Of a stretch of DNA of 64,000 nucleotides, positions 1 to 14,680 are shown in pieces (the stretch's first letter is position 1; every line of letters begins with the position of its first letter). The position numbers were made by a program, and so were the translations under genes. The DNA is from Trichoplax adhaerens (Eukaryota > Animalia > Placozoa): the NCBI RefSeq assembly GCF_000150275.1, contig NW_002060945.1, positions 3,247,172 through 3,311,171 of the forward strand. Reading direction: 5' to 3'. The notes below the pieces were generated by a model. The model was not told where the DNA came from and did not search any database. It was given only the letters and a program-made list of their open reading frames with translations.

Positions 1-3000
1 GGGAGATATCGATAATTCCTTTTGGTTTAGCTCTCTATCCAAATATAAAATGTATATGTCAAAGCAGGTATAGTAATTAAATATTACTCTGAATATCACT
101 AACTTTATCACTCTCATAATAGTAAAGCCTCTGTTCCTTTTGTATAAGCAAGCAATGATAAGTCCTCCATTTCTTTCCTCCTGTAAAATCAAGATTTAAT
201 AGCATCAATGTCCACATCAGTAGGTGATCAAGAGTAACACTTCCATCAATATGCTATCATCCTAGCTTATTATTTCAGTCAATTATTTATTCCATTACAG
301 CTCACCTTTCCGCTTTATATCTAGCTTCCCAGATTTACCATCCTTCAAAACGGATTGTGTTTTTATGGTATGACTTTCTGGTTTATCTTGTTTCTTATAT
401 GAATTATTCCTGAAATCATCTTCCTTCATTTTCTATAGATGATAGAGACGTAGAGATTATAGATATTTATGGCTTTCATAGATTAGCATGTTAATATAGT
501 AATCTATAAAAAAAATTAATTAATTAAAAACGACAAAACTACTATTAAAATACGCATTGTATTAACCTTTGGCAAGGGATCTCCCAGTTTAAGTCCTTCA
601 ACAATATATTCTTTAGAATATCGCTGTATAATTTCATCAATGCTATCCATATAAAAATGAATGAATTACTGAGAATGAATCAATAATTTCAACACATTAA
701 GACCCAAGTTATGTTAATCGAAAATTACTTTTCTAACTCACATTGTAAAAATTTATTATGGTATTTTAAACAGCTACTGTCTACATTGTTGCCATTTTTG
801 GACCATGAGAAAATTTATTGCTACTTACCTATCATAGCATCTGCCGCCCATATTGTAGCGTAAACCGTCTTTTTTAATCCGAAATTTTTTAATGCCTTTG
901 TCTGTCCTAAAAGTCATAAAATTGTGCTTAATCATTGGTTCGTAGTAGAAAGAAAAAAATCATACGATGAAATACGTAAGGGCTTTAAATATCACACAAT
1001 ATATTATATTTATCCTTATCCTTAAGTAGACGTAACGGAGTAAATAGGTATAATACTAATAGTTAGGCCTTTAAAGTGCTCTACAAAAGATTTATCTATG
1101 AAAAAATTTAATATTCTACCTCGTTTAGCCATACTCAAACAATATTTAGCTTGACATCTAATAATGGAATCTACGTGAATGACAGCTAATGTACGATTTA
1201 TGTCAATATAGTCTGCTAGAATATTATCAAGGTGAAATAAGGGGACAATCTTACTTTTTAATTGTTTAAGACATTATTTAGCAATCTTTACATCACCCGG
1301 TTTTAAATGGAATGATTTTAATATTACAATTAGGCGATATACCAAACTTTTCAAAATAAAGTTACAAAAATCTACCGTAAGGAATCTAATTATTTCCTTG
1401 TTGATTCGAATATATTTTTAATTGCTTCTTGTCACCGAAAATATCAATCTAATGCATTGCTTTGTCGTAAATTAGTTTTTTACTGGTACTCCCAATTATC
1501 CCTTTACAATGGAAAGAGCTGATCAAGACTACAATCATCTCTTTACTTGTTATTGATGCAGTGAAATGATATTAATATCTGTGTCAAGCAAGGGTACTTC
1601 GTGGTTCTATAACAAATAAGTGAACTAAATAAAATTTAAATCGACTAGTGTGGCAGTGATTAATTTTTACTTAAATAATTTTTGTGGCATTACTTCAGAA
1701 CAAGGCTATAATCACCAGGCGACGTATCACTCTGCTTAATAAGATAATGTCCAACTTTTCCTTCTTCCTTTAACAAATCAGTAGAAGACGATTGTGGTGG
1801 TTCACCAAAATACCAACTATGTAAAAGGAATTATTCTCACGGTCAATCAATCAAAATTAGTTAACATTGCTCTATATAAGCTTTTCAAAATGTGCTCCTA
1901 AATTTAATTTAAGACGTCTAGAAGTAGTTTTAACAGAAAGAACCGCATCAATCTAATCTAAGCCAGTGACTCGTAGTAATATCTAGCATTCTATGTTTGC
2001 TATATGACGTATAGAGAAGAGAAAAAATGAAAGGGCTAGAAATGCTGACGTCAAAAACAAATAAAATTAAGTGCGAATTGTCTAGCATATAATCTTATCA
2101 AGAGCCACTTACATTTTACCTTCATGGATATCACATGATAAGTCCTACCAGTAAAATAGAAAGCGCATATAATACCAAGAAATGTTAAAATTATCTGTAT
2201 TTGCTCAATATGGCCGACACAATAATTATTACGCTTGAACGAACGATAAAATTACAGTATTATGAATGAGTAGCAGTGAAGAAGCTACCGCATTTTATAT
2301 CAGCTTTAACAATTGTCATGCGGTAGCTTTACTGTATCTCCATTCATTGATATAAAAATTAATCATAAAAATAATTACGGTAACAAACACCAGAGAGAAA
2401 AAAGGATTGTCGGCAAAAATAAATATATTAAAGGAATTTATATGGGAAAAAATAATGTTTCTTAGCAGGTTAGCTATAGAACAATGGATTAGTAAGAAGT
2501 TAAAGTAGACGATAAAGTAATATAACAATGATAGATGTATGTTTACAACATGGCCACACTACGGGGGTTTTGGCCGGTTTTTACGATCAATGGCCCATTC
2601 AAAATGGCTCCCAAAGGAGCAAGATTAAATTGATTAAAACTACTGCATCATAGCAGTTGCTGCTATTTTATTTATTTTTAGTTAAAAATAAAGCTCAATT
2701 CAATGTATGATAGGGTTTGTAAAGCGAAACAACCAGATAATAAAAAGGTATGGAGTAACTCATTACTTAATATGATTGCACGTCATATTGCAAGTTTAAT
2801 TCTGATATTTTACTCATTCATTCAAAATTAGATCTCAAATTTTACCATTTTTGTTGTAAAAGCAACTGGCACTAGACCACTTTCCATTGTTCGATGAAGC
2901 TTAGCCCATATCCAATCACGATCAATAATACTTTTAACAGTAAAAACATCGCCCACGACGAAACTGTAAAAGTCCACAATTTTTTCGATAGATTACATAT

Positions 3001-4794
3001 ATGAGTATATAGTGACAAGATATCAGATTACATGGCCACTAATTCAAATGACAAAACGTTGTGCTATAAGTTTCAAGTTTTACTATTTTTAAATAGATTG
3101 GCTGCAACTAACTTCAAGATGATAAGATGTTAATTAATGATATTACCAAAACAAAATACATTAATAATCAATTTTTGATATGGAATGTAGACTTGAATGT
3201 GATTACTGATTTTATGCAGCTTCACTACTTAACAATTCAATAAAAATATAGATTTATTAAATCTTATCCAGTAAAATAACGCCAAAGAAGGTTTAGCTAA
3301 ACGTATATTACAAGCGAATATCCCTTTATGACATTATATACTGTACGCATAAATAAATTGAATTAATAAGCACAGAATTATTTATTCTCAATTTTTTTAC
3401 TTTAAAAACATTCGTCTATTAGCAAACAATCAAATTAAACCTGCTAGCGTATAATTCTCCGTGTGAATATTTTACCTTAATTCGTCTGTATCTTCTTCTT
3501 TAATATTATTTCGTACTGCTATAACTCGATTATATAATGTTTGTACCGGCTATATATAGGTATAAGTAAATTAAAAATGGAATAAAGATCAAAAAGTTAA
3601 ATGAGAAATACCATTATTTACCATAACTAAACAGTTACAGTTACTATTCATAGAGTAGATAATCAATACATTCAATTTATTTTTCTGCATTGATTTTCCC
3701 CGAAATCATCAATATCTAGATCAGATAAACCGTAGACGGTGAAGTGTTTTTTCTTTTTGTTAAAATATATTTACGGATACTATAAGTTTACTTTCAATTA
3801 CATCTGACTGGCTGATAAGAATAAGAATAATCTATTTGTACTGTATATTCTATGACTATTTCTATACTACGTTTCTATTTGAGATGATTTCATGATTGAA
3901 ATAAAGCATCGCTACCAATTGGCATTGTTGTGAATTGATTTTAGATTATTATATCAATATCACCAAGTTGTAATAACTCGTCGTTCAATTTAGAATAACG
4001 GAACTCTTGGAACTAAGTTGCTGTTGTTACTTTGTAGTGTGTATGATCTCTACTGTAAAACGTCAGTCATGGTCATAATATGCTGTTATTAGGTATACCA
4101 CTATGACTGAATTATTTTGGGTATATAGACTAGACAAGGTAAGTCTAACCTCTGGTGGCGATACAGGATGATGCAGTCTCTCTCCCATAAGGATATCTTG
4201 ATGATAGGTATAATAATGAACAACTGCCGCTAAGGAAGTAAATTGATGACTACCAATATAGTAATCTCCATAGAGTTGAGATATTCGAAAATGCTTAATG
4301 CCTAATTGATTTTTATAAGAGATGCAATAAATTCCGGGATGTGCATCACTCTGACGGACTAAGAAACATCTCGTTTTTTCACAAGAATTTAACTGATGTT
4401 CTGCCTTTTGTCGATCAATCTTGCCATGATAAAAACTAAATTAGGAATAGATGATGATATTATATCAGAAAAGTCAATAGTCAAAATTAATCAAATATAA
4501 GATTAACAATTCTATCCGCTATTAATATCTAATTCTCAATATGTCATGTATCAAAGAAGTTAGACAATTGTGCTACAATAATGACAACAACTTTTTTTTT
4601 CAATCCTGTTCACTCAATAATACCAACGTCGATTCCGTTAAAGCTGCATCCGTGATCATGCCCTCTTCATCATCAGACATTTTATAATCGCTATCGTCAT
4701 AATGTTGGTGAGAATTGAGCGTCGATTCGTCATCTGTACTATGTAATGTCATCATATCATGTTTCATTTGTACTATATCGCTGTTGGTGGCCAT
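1..4794 (-). CDS. RASA1: p120 Ras GTPase-activating protein, 5' part (N-SH2, SH3, C-SH2, start of PH); continues beyond the left edge
   Basis: Hand-spliced GT-AG exons: ~4629-4794 (start, donor uncertain); 4150-4435 (FYHGKIDRQKAE..FLVRQSD..HFRISQLYGDYYIG..HPVSPPE); 3476-3549 and 2846-2963 (SH3: RVIAVR..DTDELSFVVGDVF..DWIW..SGLVP); 2113-2144 (DIHEGKI); ~1694-1816 (WYFG..SDTSPGDYSLVLK); ~829-906 (MGGRCYDS); ~567-643 (IDEIIQRYSKEYIVEG); ~307-432; ~103-181 (KKWRTYHC..YYYESDK); 1-34 (RAKPKGIIDIS). Domain order and motifs match human p120GAP (PHEGKIWFHG, PGDYSL, KPKGLIDLS). Confidence 0.93.
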
Positions 4795-6786
4795 CTTTTA
4801 CATGTTCCTGCCCTCTTGTAAAATATTCAAACTGAATAGTACTCAAGATGAACTCATTATTGAGCTTTATTGATTCCATGCGCGCGCATATGGCTGACAA
4901 AACATAGCTAGCATCTGGGTATAATTAATTCAATTTGATGCTGCCTTTTGACAACAATACGTTCCATTTTTGATAGCATAATGTTCTTGTATAGAGTATA
5001 ATTAGGGCAGGTAAATGATAGTTTAGCCGTAATTTATGCGATACAACTTGAATGATAGTTTATAAGTTTAGCTTGACTTTGGAGCTAGTTATAAATGAAA
5101 ATGTTGCTGATTAGCCAGTATGAAAATATTTTGAGAAAAGGTGATGTTTGATTGTATTCAGGGCTATCATGCAGACGATGAGGAAATGCACAAGTGAAAG
5201 CGGAGGTGTTCCACTACTCATTTTCTACAGTATTCTATTCGATGGTAGAGATTACACTTATTGATGCTTGCTTTGATGATTGAACCGGAAAATTACTGCT
5301 AGCTCAAGCTTGAAATCACGATAATTTATTACAACTAGTAGTTGCTTTATTTCTCTCAATACGCAACATATTTGTAGTACTTCACCTGGACTGTATAGTA
5401 TATCTAAAGTCGAATACTTTTAATGAATGGTCATAATTGTCCTTGCCTTTCCCAATTTATTCATTCAATCTATTGTTGTTATCAAACTTCATGACTTATT
5501 ATAGCACATGTCGATAGCAAGATGATCCTGAAGTAATTTATACTTGTATCTTTTTCATGGCTATCATGAATCACTCTCATATGTCTTCTAAAACTGTCAT
5601 CTAACACTAATTTACTCCGCATGGTAATTCCATTAGCAATAACATCTCTACGAGTATTAATACTCAATTGACATGAATCACAACAATATTCTTTGCAAGG
5701 CCAATTCAATTGCATGCTTTCCCTACGACTCGTAATGGCAGGTAATTACGTCAACGTTTAGCTTTGAACTCGTATAAATTTATTTATTTTGGGGGGAGGG
5801 GGGTAACAGAAATTGAATTATTTTTATGTACTTATCGACATGAGCATTCAACAAGGTATAGGATCATTTTTTAGAATATTACGATTCGGTAAAGCAGAAA
5901 TGGAGAGTAAAGTATAAACCATACTGCACTTTGCCATTTCTTATGCTAGTTCCATATTGGATAAGAAGTAAAATTGGGCTAGTTTATTGCTTCTGCTTGC
6001 CTTGTTCCTCCATTTTAGCTGAACATGCGTATACTAAAAGATATACCGTAGTTCAAAAATGTTTTCACAATCCATTCCTGGCAGCAAGAACTCCTGCGGC
6101 CAACTAATTTTATCGTAGTAAATCAAAAGTTCCCTCAGTAATAAAATACGAAGTAACCTACTATACTCTTGCAGTTACGTAGGGCTACTAAAAATGCTTT
6201 AAGATCAGCATTCCACATTGTTTATTATTTTTGTGTAGTGAATAAATTCTATTCTACCACAATCTCGTATTGTCAGTACTGGAGTACATCTGCAGCAGGA
6301 ATAAAATACGATAATAAAATGAGAGATAAATAATTAGCATATGAACAATTTGATTCGAAAAAATGCTTTGATACTGTACTGTATACTATTGTAGTGGCCA
6401 TCAAAATTGCCCGACATTGATACTGTAGCATAACTGAGAAAACACTGACTAGTCAAGTCAAGTTCAACATTATAAAATTGGACGGGAAAAACATTTTAAA
6501 GGGCGTTCTGTGACTATTGCTTGCAGCTCATGAATATCAATAGTAGACGAATTCAATAGATAGAAAAATTCCAATTATTATCCCTGTCATAAAAGACATT
6601 ATTCTTATTGACAATTACTTCGTCTTGGGTTAAACCTAAACTCTCCCACGCGATATTACGCTCTATTTTAACAATGTGAAACTGCTTGTCATTCTTTTTT
6701 TTTTCCCCCTAATTTACTTGCTCAATAAGTTAATTATAACCTAAAGTCGATTTCATATAATTAATTATTCCAATCAAGAAGGCTAA

Positions 6787-8413
6787 ATGTCATCAGTGAA
6801 GAAGTTATTTAACCGTATTGGTAAAAGAAAGAAAAGTCGACATGTTGGTGATATTCCTCACAATATTTCACCCGTTGCAGAAAATCCAAATTCATTGATC
6901 GATCAACAAAGTACAAATGAAGAAATTGACCAAGTCGAGCCTGGATCTACTGAAGCTGATCAAAATTTCGATGACGAATACTGCAAACCTATTGATATGA
7001 AAACTTCGTCTAATGTTTACGATCAACTAATTGATTGTCAAATGCCTGAACAAGAAGTTGGCAACATTTATGATGATGTTTTTGATACAAAACAGCCTCA
7101 AGATCAATCTATTGATGATCCACAAGAAACAGCTATTTTAAGAAATCGCCGTCAATTTCATTCCAGTCAAAAGCGTATTAGTCGGCCTCATTTGCCTTCA
7201 CAAGATTCTCGAGCACCCGAAGATTATGATGATCCTTGGCAATCTATAACTGATCAGTCGACAAAACTGGTGGAGAAAATGCGACACTCAATTTCCGATT
7301 CGCATATTAAACCCATGGACGATCCCGTTGAGTTACAGCCTCGGCCGTTCTCCGTCGACGATAAAACTATGCCAGATACAGAAATAAAACAATCTCTCAA
7401 GTCATATGATCATAAGCAACTGGCTATGATATCCTCTGATAGTATCAGCGAGAATGGAGAAGATCCTAATCGATCTCCGATGGGCTTGTCACCTTTGCCG
7501 CAGTCGCTGCAAGACACAGAAAATGATGATTATGAAGATCCATGGACAAACAACGATGCCCCACGGAAAATAAATGTTGCAGCTGTCGACGCAAACAGAC
7601 AGTTTGTTACAGACTCAAATAACACCAAGATTGGCCTACGAGCACAATCAATGGAGAGTAATAAACCTGAAGTGCCTCCAAGGCTACCTGATGAGGTTTT
7701 ACAATCGATGATTTCAGTCCAAGATGATGGCGATGACGACTATACTACCCCATGTGATGAAACAATTAATAAGCCTCCTTTAGAAGATAATGGGTAAATT
7801 GTATATGCTAGCGATATTACAACGAATTTTAACACCTTGTTAATAAACTATGATCATTTTCTCATTGTAATGTCATCAGTAATTTAGTCCGTCATATTTT
7901 GTTTAATTCTATCCAGTTGGTTTCACGGTCCCTTATCCAGAAATCAAGCGGAAACTCTTATGAAAGATGTCGATATTGGCAGCTATTTAGTACGAAATAG
8001 CGAAAGTAGCAAATTTCAAAAGGTCTACTCTCTCTCTGTTCGGTTAGTTGACATATAAACACCAATAATCACTTACTAGTTGTTATAATGATGAATATTG
8101 GATCAATGTTTTGGAAGGACCGAGCAGTTTAACTGTAAATTAAATGAAATTAAAATTATTGCTTATTCATTACGTAAATTATCTGAGTAGGTTACGACGG
8201 TTAAATATTGTATCATTTCATTTTTAATTTAATAGTACACAAGCCAATGGAATAATTCATATTAAGATTGATCCAGTAACAGATGGCTACGTCATTGGCA
8301 AAAACGGTAAGGTCTTTCCATCTCTTGAAAATATGATTGAACATTATCAAAATAACCCACTCCGAATAAAAGGCGCCGAAAGACAATCCTTATTATATCC
8401 AATAAACAAATGA
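6787..8413 (+). CDS. SHB/SHD/SHE/SHF-family adaptor with a disordered YxxP-rich N-terminus and a C-terminal SH2 domain
   Basis: Exons 6787-7793, 7917-8042 and 8236-8413 splice in frame. The protein has YDDPW and YEDPW motifs, then PLEDNGWFHGPLSRNQAETLMK..GSYLVRNSES..YSLSVR..HIKI..FPSLENMIEHYQNNPLRIKGAERQSLLYP, which is characteristic of the SHB-family SH2. Confidence 0.88.
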
Positions 8414-10445
8414 GCCTTTTTTTTAACTATTTAATTGTAATTACATGATTATAATCGCTAATAGTATCTGGAATTGACAATTTAAAAGCTATTTCGAAAC
8501 ACTATGATATTTCATAATTTAAAAGATATTAACCTATTTGCTAGAACGCGTATATCTGATTCTAACTATTTAATGTAGCGATTCTAATTCACATTATTGC
8601 AAAATTTATCATGTCTATTACCTATCTTGATACAATTTTAGGTGCACTGCATAGCACTTACTTCTTTACTAATTTTATAAAGAACTTTGAATTTCGACTT
8701 TGCGTTAACTTATTATCAATAATACTCTTTTTAACAATTTAACCCTTAAATTATCAACTTAAGCAATTGTACACGATGATTCTTTCTTTCATGCCCAAAT
8801 ACTTTTTATAATTCTTACAAGTCATCTTGAAATTTTCTACCTATGCTATGACATCTTCATAAAAGTCATGGTATAGATTTAATATAAAACTGATTACATT
8901 GATATGTACAAGCGATAAATTAAATATCTACAGAGCAAAATATTGCAAGCAACATACATCCTAGCTCATCATTATATTATTATCATATAGAGAAACATTG
9001 AATATTGCATTGAAGACCAGAAAATTCAATTATATTAAATATTCTCGAAAATTCTATTCAGTTATTATTGATTGCAACCTTTCCGCTAATTTTGGACTTT
9101 AAAACTTTATAGATCTTTTTCAACTCGAAATCTTTATAAAATTGTCATGCCCAATGACAATTAATTTAAAAGCTAATTCTCTGCCTTGCAATTGACAATA
9201 AACAAATTATTTGTATGATTGAATAAAAAAGTTACCAAATAATTTAAGAAGTGCCGTAATAACACAACACTGCCATACCAATTGTCTATTTGGTACTGGG
9301 TTTACACCTTGTATTAGGAATTGTAACCATTTACCGTTTGCTAGTATTTCATTGACGATGAGTAATAAGTTCCCACTAGCTCCGATAGAGCATACTGTGT
9401 TAATCGTATGCCCGCGTAATATATTGTATCTAATTCTTGAGCGGCCTAACATGATATCAAACTCTAATTTATCCGTTATTTGAGAGCATAAAAAAAAGTT
9501 TGTAGAAGACACAATTTATAATATCAAGTGTATTATTAAAGCGGATCATTTAGGTACAGTTTGATAAATATTCATCCTCGACATACTTATGTCAACATAA
9601 CTCTATTAAGTATATGGAGAAAGACGACAACGTAAAGAAATGTCCCTGAGTAGGCCTCAACCTATATATATCTTTTTATGGCATGTACGTCTTATGATAC
9701 AGCATACGATTAAATATATTAAGGGTTTGCTTATTTATTTGCCAGGCTGTGTACAATTCTTTGATATGATCGGGAAATAATATTGGTAAGTTGCAGAAGC
9801 AGCAGATATAAAATATTCTAAATATTGTGTAAGCAGTATCTTTTATAAGTATCTGGTTTTGTTGTACTTCTTAATATTAACTTGCTGTACGACTTTATAA
9901 ATCTGTAGTACGCAAAATATTCTTCACCTTGTCACCTTCACTCGAGAATATGGAGTATTTACAGTAGTTCGTATCAACGTGAATATATATTTTAGAAATT
10001 ATTCTTCATCGATCAATACTTTAAAAATTTAAATATAACGTACAATTCACTACTTTATATTGATTTATTGCATATCTGAACATATCAGAAAGCTACTTAT
10101 TGCGTATTATAAGTATCGATAGGCATCATCAGTGTCTATTACACATTCAAAGGTTCACGCATAGAATATTGTTTACGAAATTCAGATAACCGTAATTCAA
10201 ACACTCTCTAATTCTAAGGAATCAAAATTCTGGCTACATTCCCGTACTAACAGCTTTTAAGCTTTTCCATGTTCACAAATCTGCAGTAGCTTTATTAAAC
10301 CAGTAAGCTGACGTCGTAGTATGATAAATGTTATTAATTACAATAGGCATTGATACCTCTTATGATACAGCTTATAAAATTTGGAATCGAACAGTATACA
10401 CCTTAAAACTTTAGCCTAGCAAAAAGCAACCATAAGTACGTAATT

Positions 10446-13400
10446 TTAAGGTAAGCATTTGCTTGTGCAATGAATATAGAGAACCAACGGTAAGATAAGA
10501 TTATCAATTTGTGTCGTCAATGCTTCAGTAAGTGAAGTTATAATGAAAGCTAGAATAATTGTCTGCCAATTTCCACCAAATTTGATAAATTTTTCACCGC
10601 CTATCAAATGCAAATATTATTACCTTGTGAAAGTGATGAAACATAGATTGTTAACAGTTCGAGCATAGAATATTCATAGATCGTATCACTAAGGCTAAGA
10701 AAACATAAAATTATTCTATTCCACAAAATGTGAAAAATGGATATTCCTACTTGCTGTAGTTTAAACATAAAATCCTGATAATGTAGTATGTAAATAAAAA
10801 CTAGGACATCTCACAAGCCGTCAGAAAATGATTTATCGTAATGGCCATGATTCAATTTCAATACAAATTACTTATATGATATTAGTGCACACAAATTAAT
10901 TAAAGCAAGTCTTTGCGTTTTACTTACCAATATGCCATAATAAATAATATAACAATAACATAGAAAGTACGGATCCAGCAGTACCTTCTAAGGTTCGGTT
11001 ATTTCCTAAATTGTCACAGAATTACAATCGATAAGAAATTTATCAAACGAAAGATCAAAAACGATTCTAAACCTGGCCATCGACGCTTTCCAATTGTTAT
11101 ACCGACAAGAGAAGCAAAGGTATCTCCAATTCCTAATGACATTACGCCTGCGTACATTAATGCTACATTATCCGTAACTGTATGTAACAAAAAAGATGAG
11201 AGATGGAAATATTATGTCAGTAGATTCAATAATTATAATGTGTAAAGTTTCAGCCATGAAGATTTTATACCATTTAGTACAGAAGTTGATTGGCATAGCC
11301 ATAAAGGGAGAGCACAGCCAACCAGTAAATAGATATGAGTCAATATTACTATTCCAGAATCTCTAGTATCAATAAATATTTGTAAATGGTCGTGAATCCA
11401 TGGTCCGAATGGGCGAATATGAAAAATACGAAGGAACTATGCGAAAAAAAGGGGAAAAATTAACAAATTTCCAAATAGTTATATTATTAAATACAGTAAT
11501 TGCATAATTAGAAGAAGCAAGATAGAAAATAATTTTTAAAAAATTATACCTCAGCTAATAAAAATAATGCTAGGGCAACACTTGATGCTAAATAAGTTGC
11601 GCGGTAATCAAAATATATTCCAGGAAAGTATATTAAGATAACTAGCACATGAAAATACTTTCGGATTAAAATCGCTGGAATCCTAGTGAGTGTAATTGCA
11701 AAAATTTAAAATGTTGATATTAGCAAGTAGTACCACGCAACGTCTTAAAAACTAAGATAACAAATAATTACTTGCTACTGCTTCCATATAAATTTCTCCA
11801 GATTACGATATACAAGGCAATCAATACCAGAAAAATCCAGTAACAGATGAGAGCAATCTAAGGTTAGAATTTAAGGTAATCCAATCTTAATCAGAAGGCT
11901 AACTGTAATAGTAATTATCTTAACATCCGATTTATGCTCGAATATAAATCTTTTATACCCTTGCACTATTTAGGGTGATAAAGTCTAAGAGCCACATTAT
12001 TGGATTACTCCGGAGCAGCATCGTAAAAACTGGTAAATATAATCCAAAGGTAAAAACTGTCAAACCAATGTAAAAAGCTGCCGACCAATAATTATTGTTC
12101 ATTATCGATGCTGGTGAACGGCTACATTATTAAATATGGAGTTAAATATAATTAGAACGAAATACTAGCTTAAGATAGGCTTTAGCCATCGGTTAAAACA
12201 CCACATAAAACTGAATAAGAAGCAATACATGTTAAAATATACGTAATTAATAGCAATACCTGGTTAATCCCATTAAGATCGGACTTAAAACTACTCCAAT
12301 ACCGACTACCCACAAGATAAGCATCTGCACAAAAATAACAACATTCAGTGTAACGTTATAATAGAGAGCATAAAGAGCGATTGCGCCCACCTGAAAGACT
12401 ACTGTTAGTTCATGCCTTTCACTCTTGATGCAGTTCAGGAAGAATTCGTTTTCATAAACCTTAAGGTAGCATTGAAAGCCTTAATAAAAATGCTTTCATT
12501 TATCAATTTGAAACGAATCTTAAAAGTCTGTAGCAGAACAGCACGAGCCAATACATCTGATAATTAATGTTACCATTCTCATAGCCGAAATGAATACGTC
12601 AAAAATGAACATGCTGGAACCTTGACTGATAAGCACAACTTCTGCAATCGTGAAGCTCTTTGGCATAAAGGTTATATAAGCCAAGATAGCGATTACGAAG
12701 AAGCTTAACAGAGCCATAATAGCAACAATTTCATACTGCCATGCTTTAATTAGGATAAATATTTTAAGATTTAGAGACATTTATAAGCTAATTGTCTACG
12801 AACATGTAACACCATGTTTACTTACCTGCAACATATAAAAGAATAGCAATCATAAATAGTCCTATAAGTAAACTAGCTATAGCATTTATCCGATGTATTA
12901 GGTGCGTGACAGCCAGGATGATCAGAATAAGATAGTTCATCATTATACATCCAACGAGATAAAATCTATAGTCCTCTAAGGATAATATGTGTATATTAAA
13001 ACAAACTAATGAAGACTTGAACTCATAAGCTAGATAATCATAACATATTGAAAGAAAGTTTCAGTTGATGCTAGGAATACGAAATATAATTATCGATATG
13101 AATGGCAATGAGTCTACCTTGCAGTACACCCTTAGACAACAAATACTGAGAGAGTAATACGTTCGATCCCAATGATGTTGCAAGTACAAGGCTGCTTCCA
13201 GAACCAGGTCTATATTAAGGATTAAATAGACAATATCATTAAGAATATCATGCTGACTAAGTAAGTAATGTATCAGAGTTTTAATATCCCGACGTACGAT
13301 CGCAAAATCATAATCCATAGTAGATAATTCCTAATAAATCGAGTACATGTAATCACGATTTGATGCTACGTACAGCTTGCAACGCATCACTACTGACCAC

Positions 13401-13848
13401 AATTTGTAACAGTAGTAAGAGCTCCAAGATACAATTTTAGGCATCATTATATACGAAATCTTATTACATGCAGTCAAAGATATTGTAATACTGTACCTGA
13501 AAACTTTTAACCTTTTCTGTAAATATTCAGCTTTTGGAGCCAGAATAATAGAAATCGGTGTTAGGAAAGCTGCAAATTGTCATTACATGGACGACAATAA
13601 TGTTTAAAAAAATGAGTTGATTAAATAGGTTCAAACATAGTTCCTTATGTTGCTCAATTACAATTAGTTCAGAACTGATATCGAGAATTCATGTTCATTC
13701 TTTGCTTTAGCTTGCACTAACCCATTAAATAATATAAGCCGGTAATCGACTGCAAACGAGAATCGAGGTAGTACACATTGGTATGATCAAAATACTGGTA
13801 GTAAAGGACCGAGATAGACAAGACAGTCACTGCATCTTCTAACAACAT
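10446..13848 (-). CDS. DOLK: Dolichol kinase (multi-exon, polytopic ER membrane protein)
   Basis: Exons give MLLEDAV.., [84 protein letters not shown] (CTP-binding region) and [14 protein letters not shown]. Start at 13848 and stop at 10446-10448 were placed by phase-compatible splicing. Confidence 0.92.
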
Positions 13849-14680
13849 GATTAACTTCAGATTCTTCTTCGTGATATTCAAAACATAAGATCAGTGATAA
13901 CTCCAAGTCTAGCTAGGTCATAGCTCTGATTACTATATACTTATAATTATCAGTTTCGTAGCTCCCGGATACCCAAGATCATGAGTGATGCTTCCAGATC
14001 AAGCTAGGCTAGAGATGTAACGTTACTTAAGGTCTTTCAAAAGCTGAGCAAAATATTCAATCAAAAGTAGTAATGATGCTTTAAAAGCTGGATGAAAGGA
14101 GATTGTTTATAGCAACCTGTCCATCTAGGCATCGATCCATATTCTCACAATCCAAGTCTGAACTTTGCAGCCTTGTTCATAGTCCATCCATCCTGCAAGG
14201 AGCTCGCTTTCGATGCTTTCTATGGCAACTACAGTCTGCATTTACGAAAGAAGTCCATCCAACCGCCTATCCGAGCGTTGGCTTGAATATCTTGTGTATC
14301 AAACATATATGCAGTAGTCATACTAATGATGCTAAGGCAGAATCATTTCTTGGATGAAAGAAACGAAGGTATTAGTCTGGATGGAGATCCTTTCGATGAA
14401 TGGCTAGCAGTTTATTTACTCCAGTTTAAACTTTTATAAATACTCATCGTCAAGAGATTTATGCTAATTGTACGTTAGAAAAGTAATCGCTATATGAAAG
14501 TGTCATGACCCTGTCATAGTTAGCGTGGTAATCCTTGGATAGCATATAGAATAGCTGCAGTTAGTTGTTCAATCGTGACTATTTCGTGTGTAAACAGAAA
14601 TGCCTGAAATATCGAGGCTAGGAGACTTTTGGATGTGGCCAGTTTGCAATTTGGAAATGAAATTTTGTTAATATTCGATC

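Noticed and set aside
9207-9512. 101-aa ORF between the adaptor and DOLK
   Set aside because: It has a non-ATG start and no recognisable motif, and lies between convergent 3' ends.
10624-10694. Extra DOLK exon ([14 protein letters not shown]...)
   Set aside because: Its phase is incompatible with the preceding exon, which splices directly in frame to the last exon.
13061-13318. 85-aa ORF as the DOLK start
   Set aside because: It is out of frame with the DOLK exon (RPGSGS). Upstream exons at ~13497-13569 and ~13722-13848 splice in phase instead.
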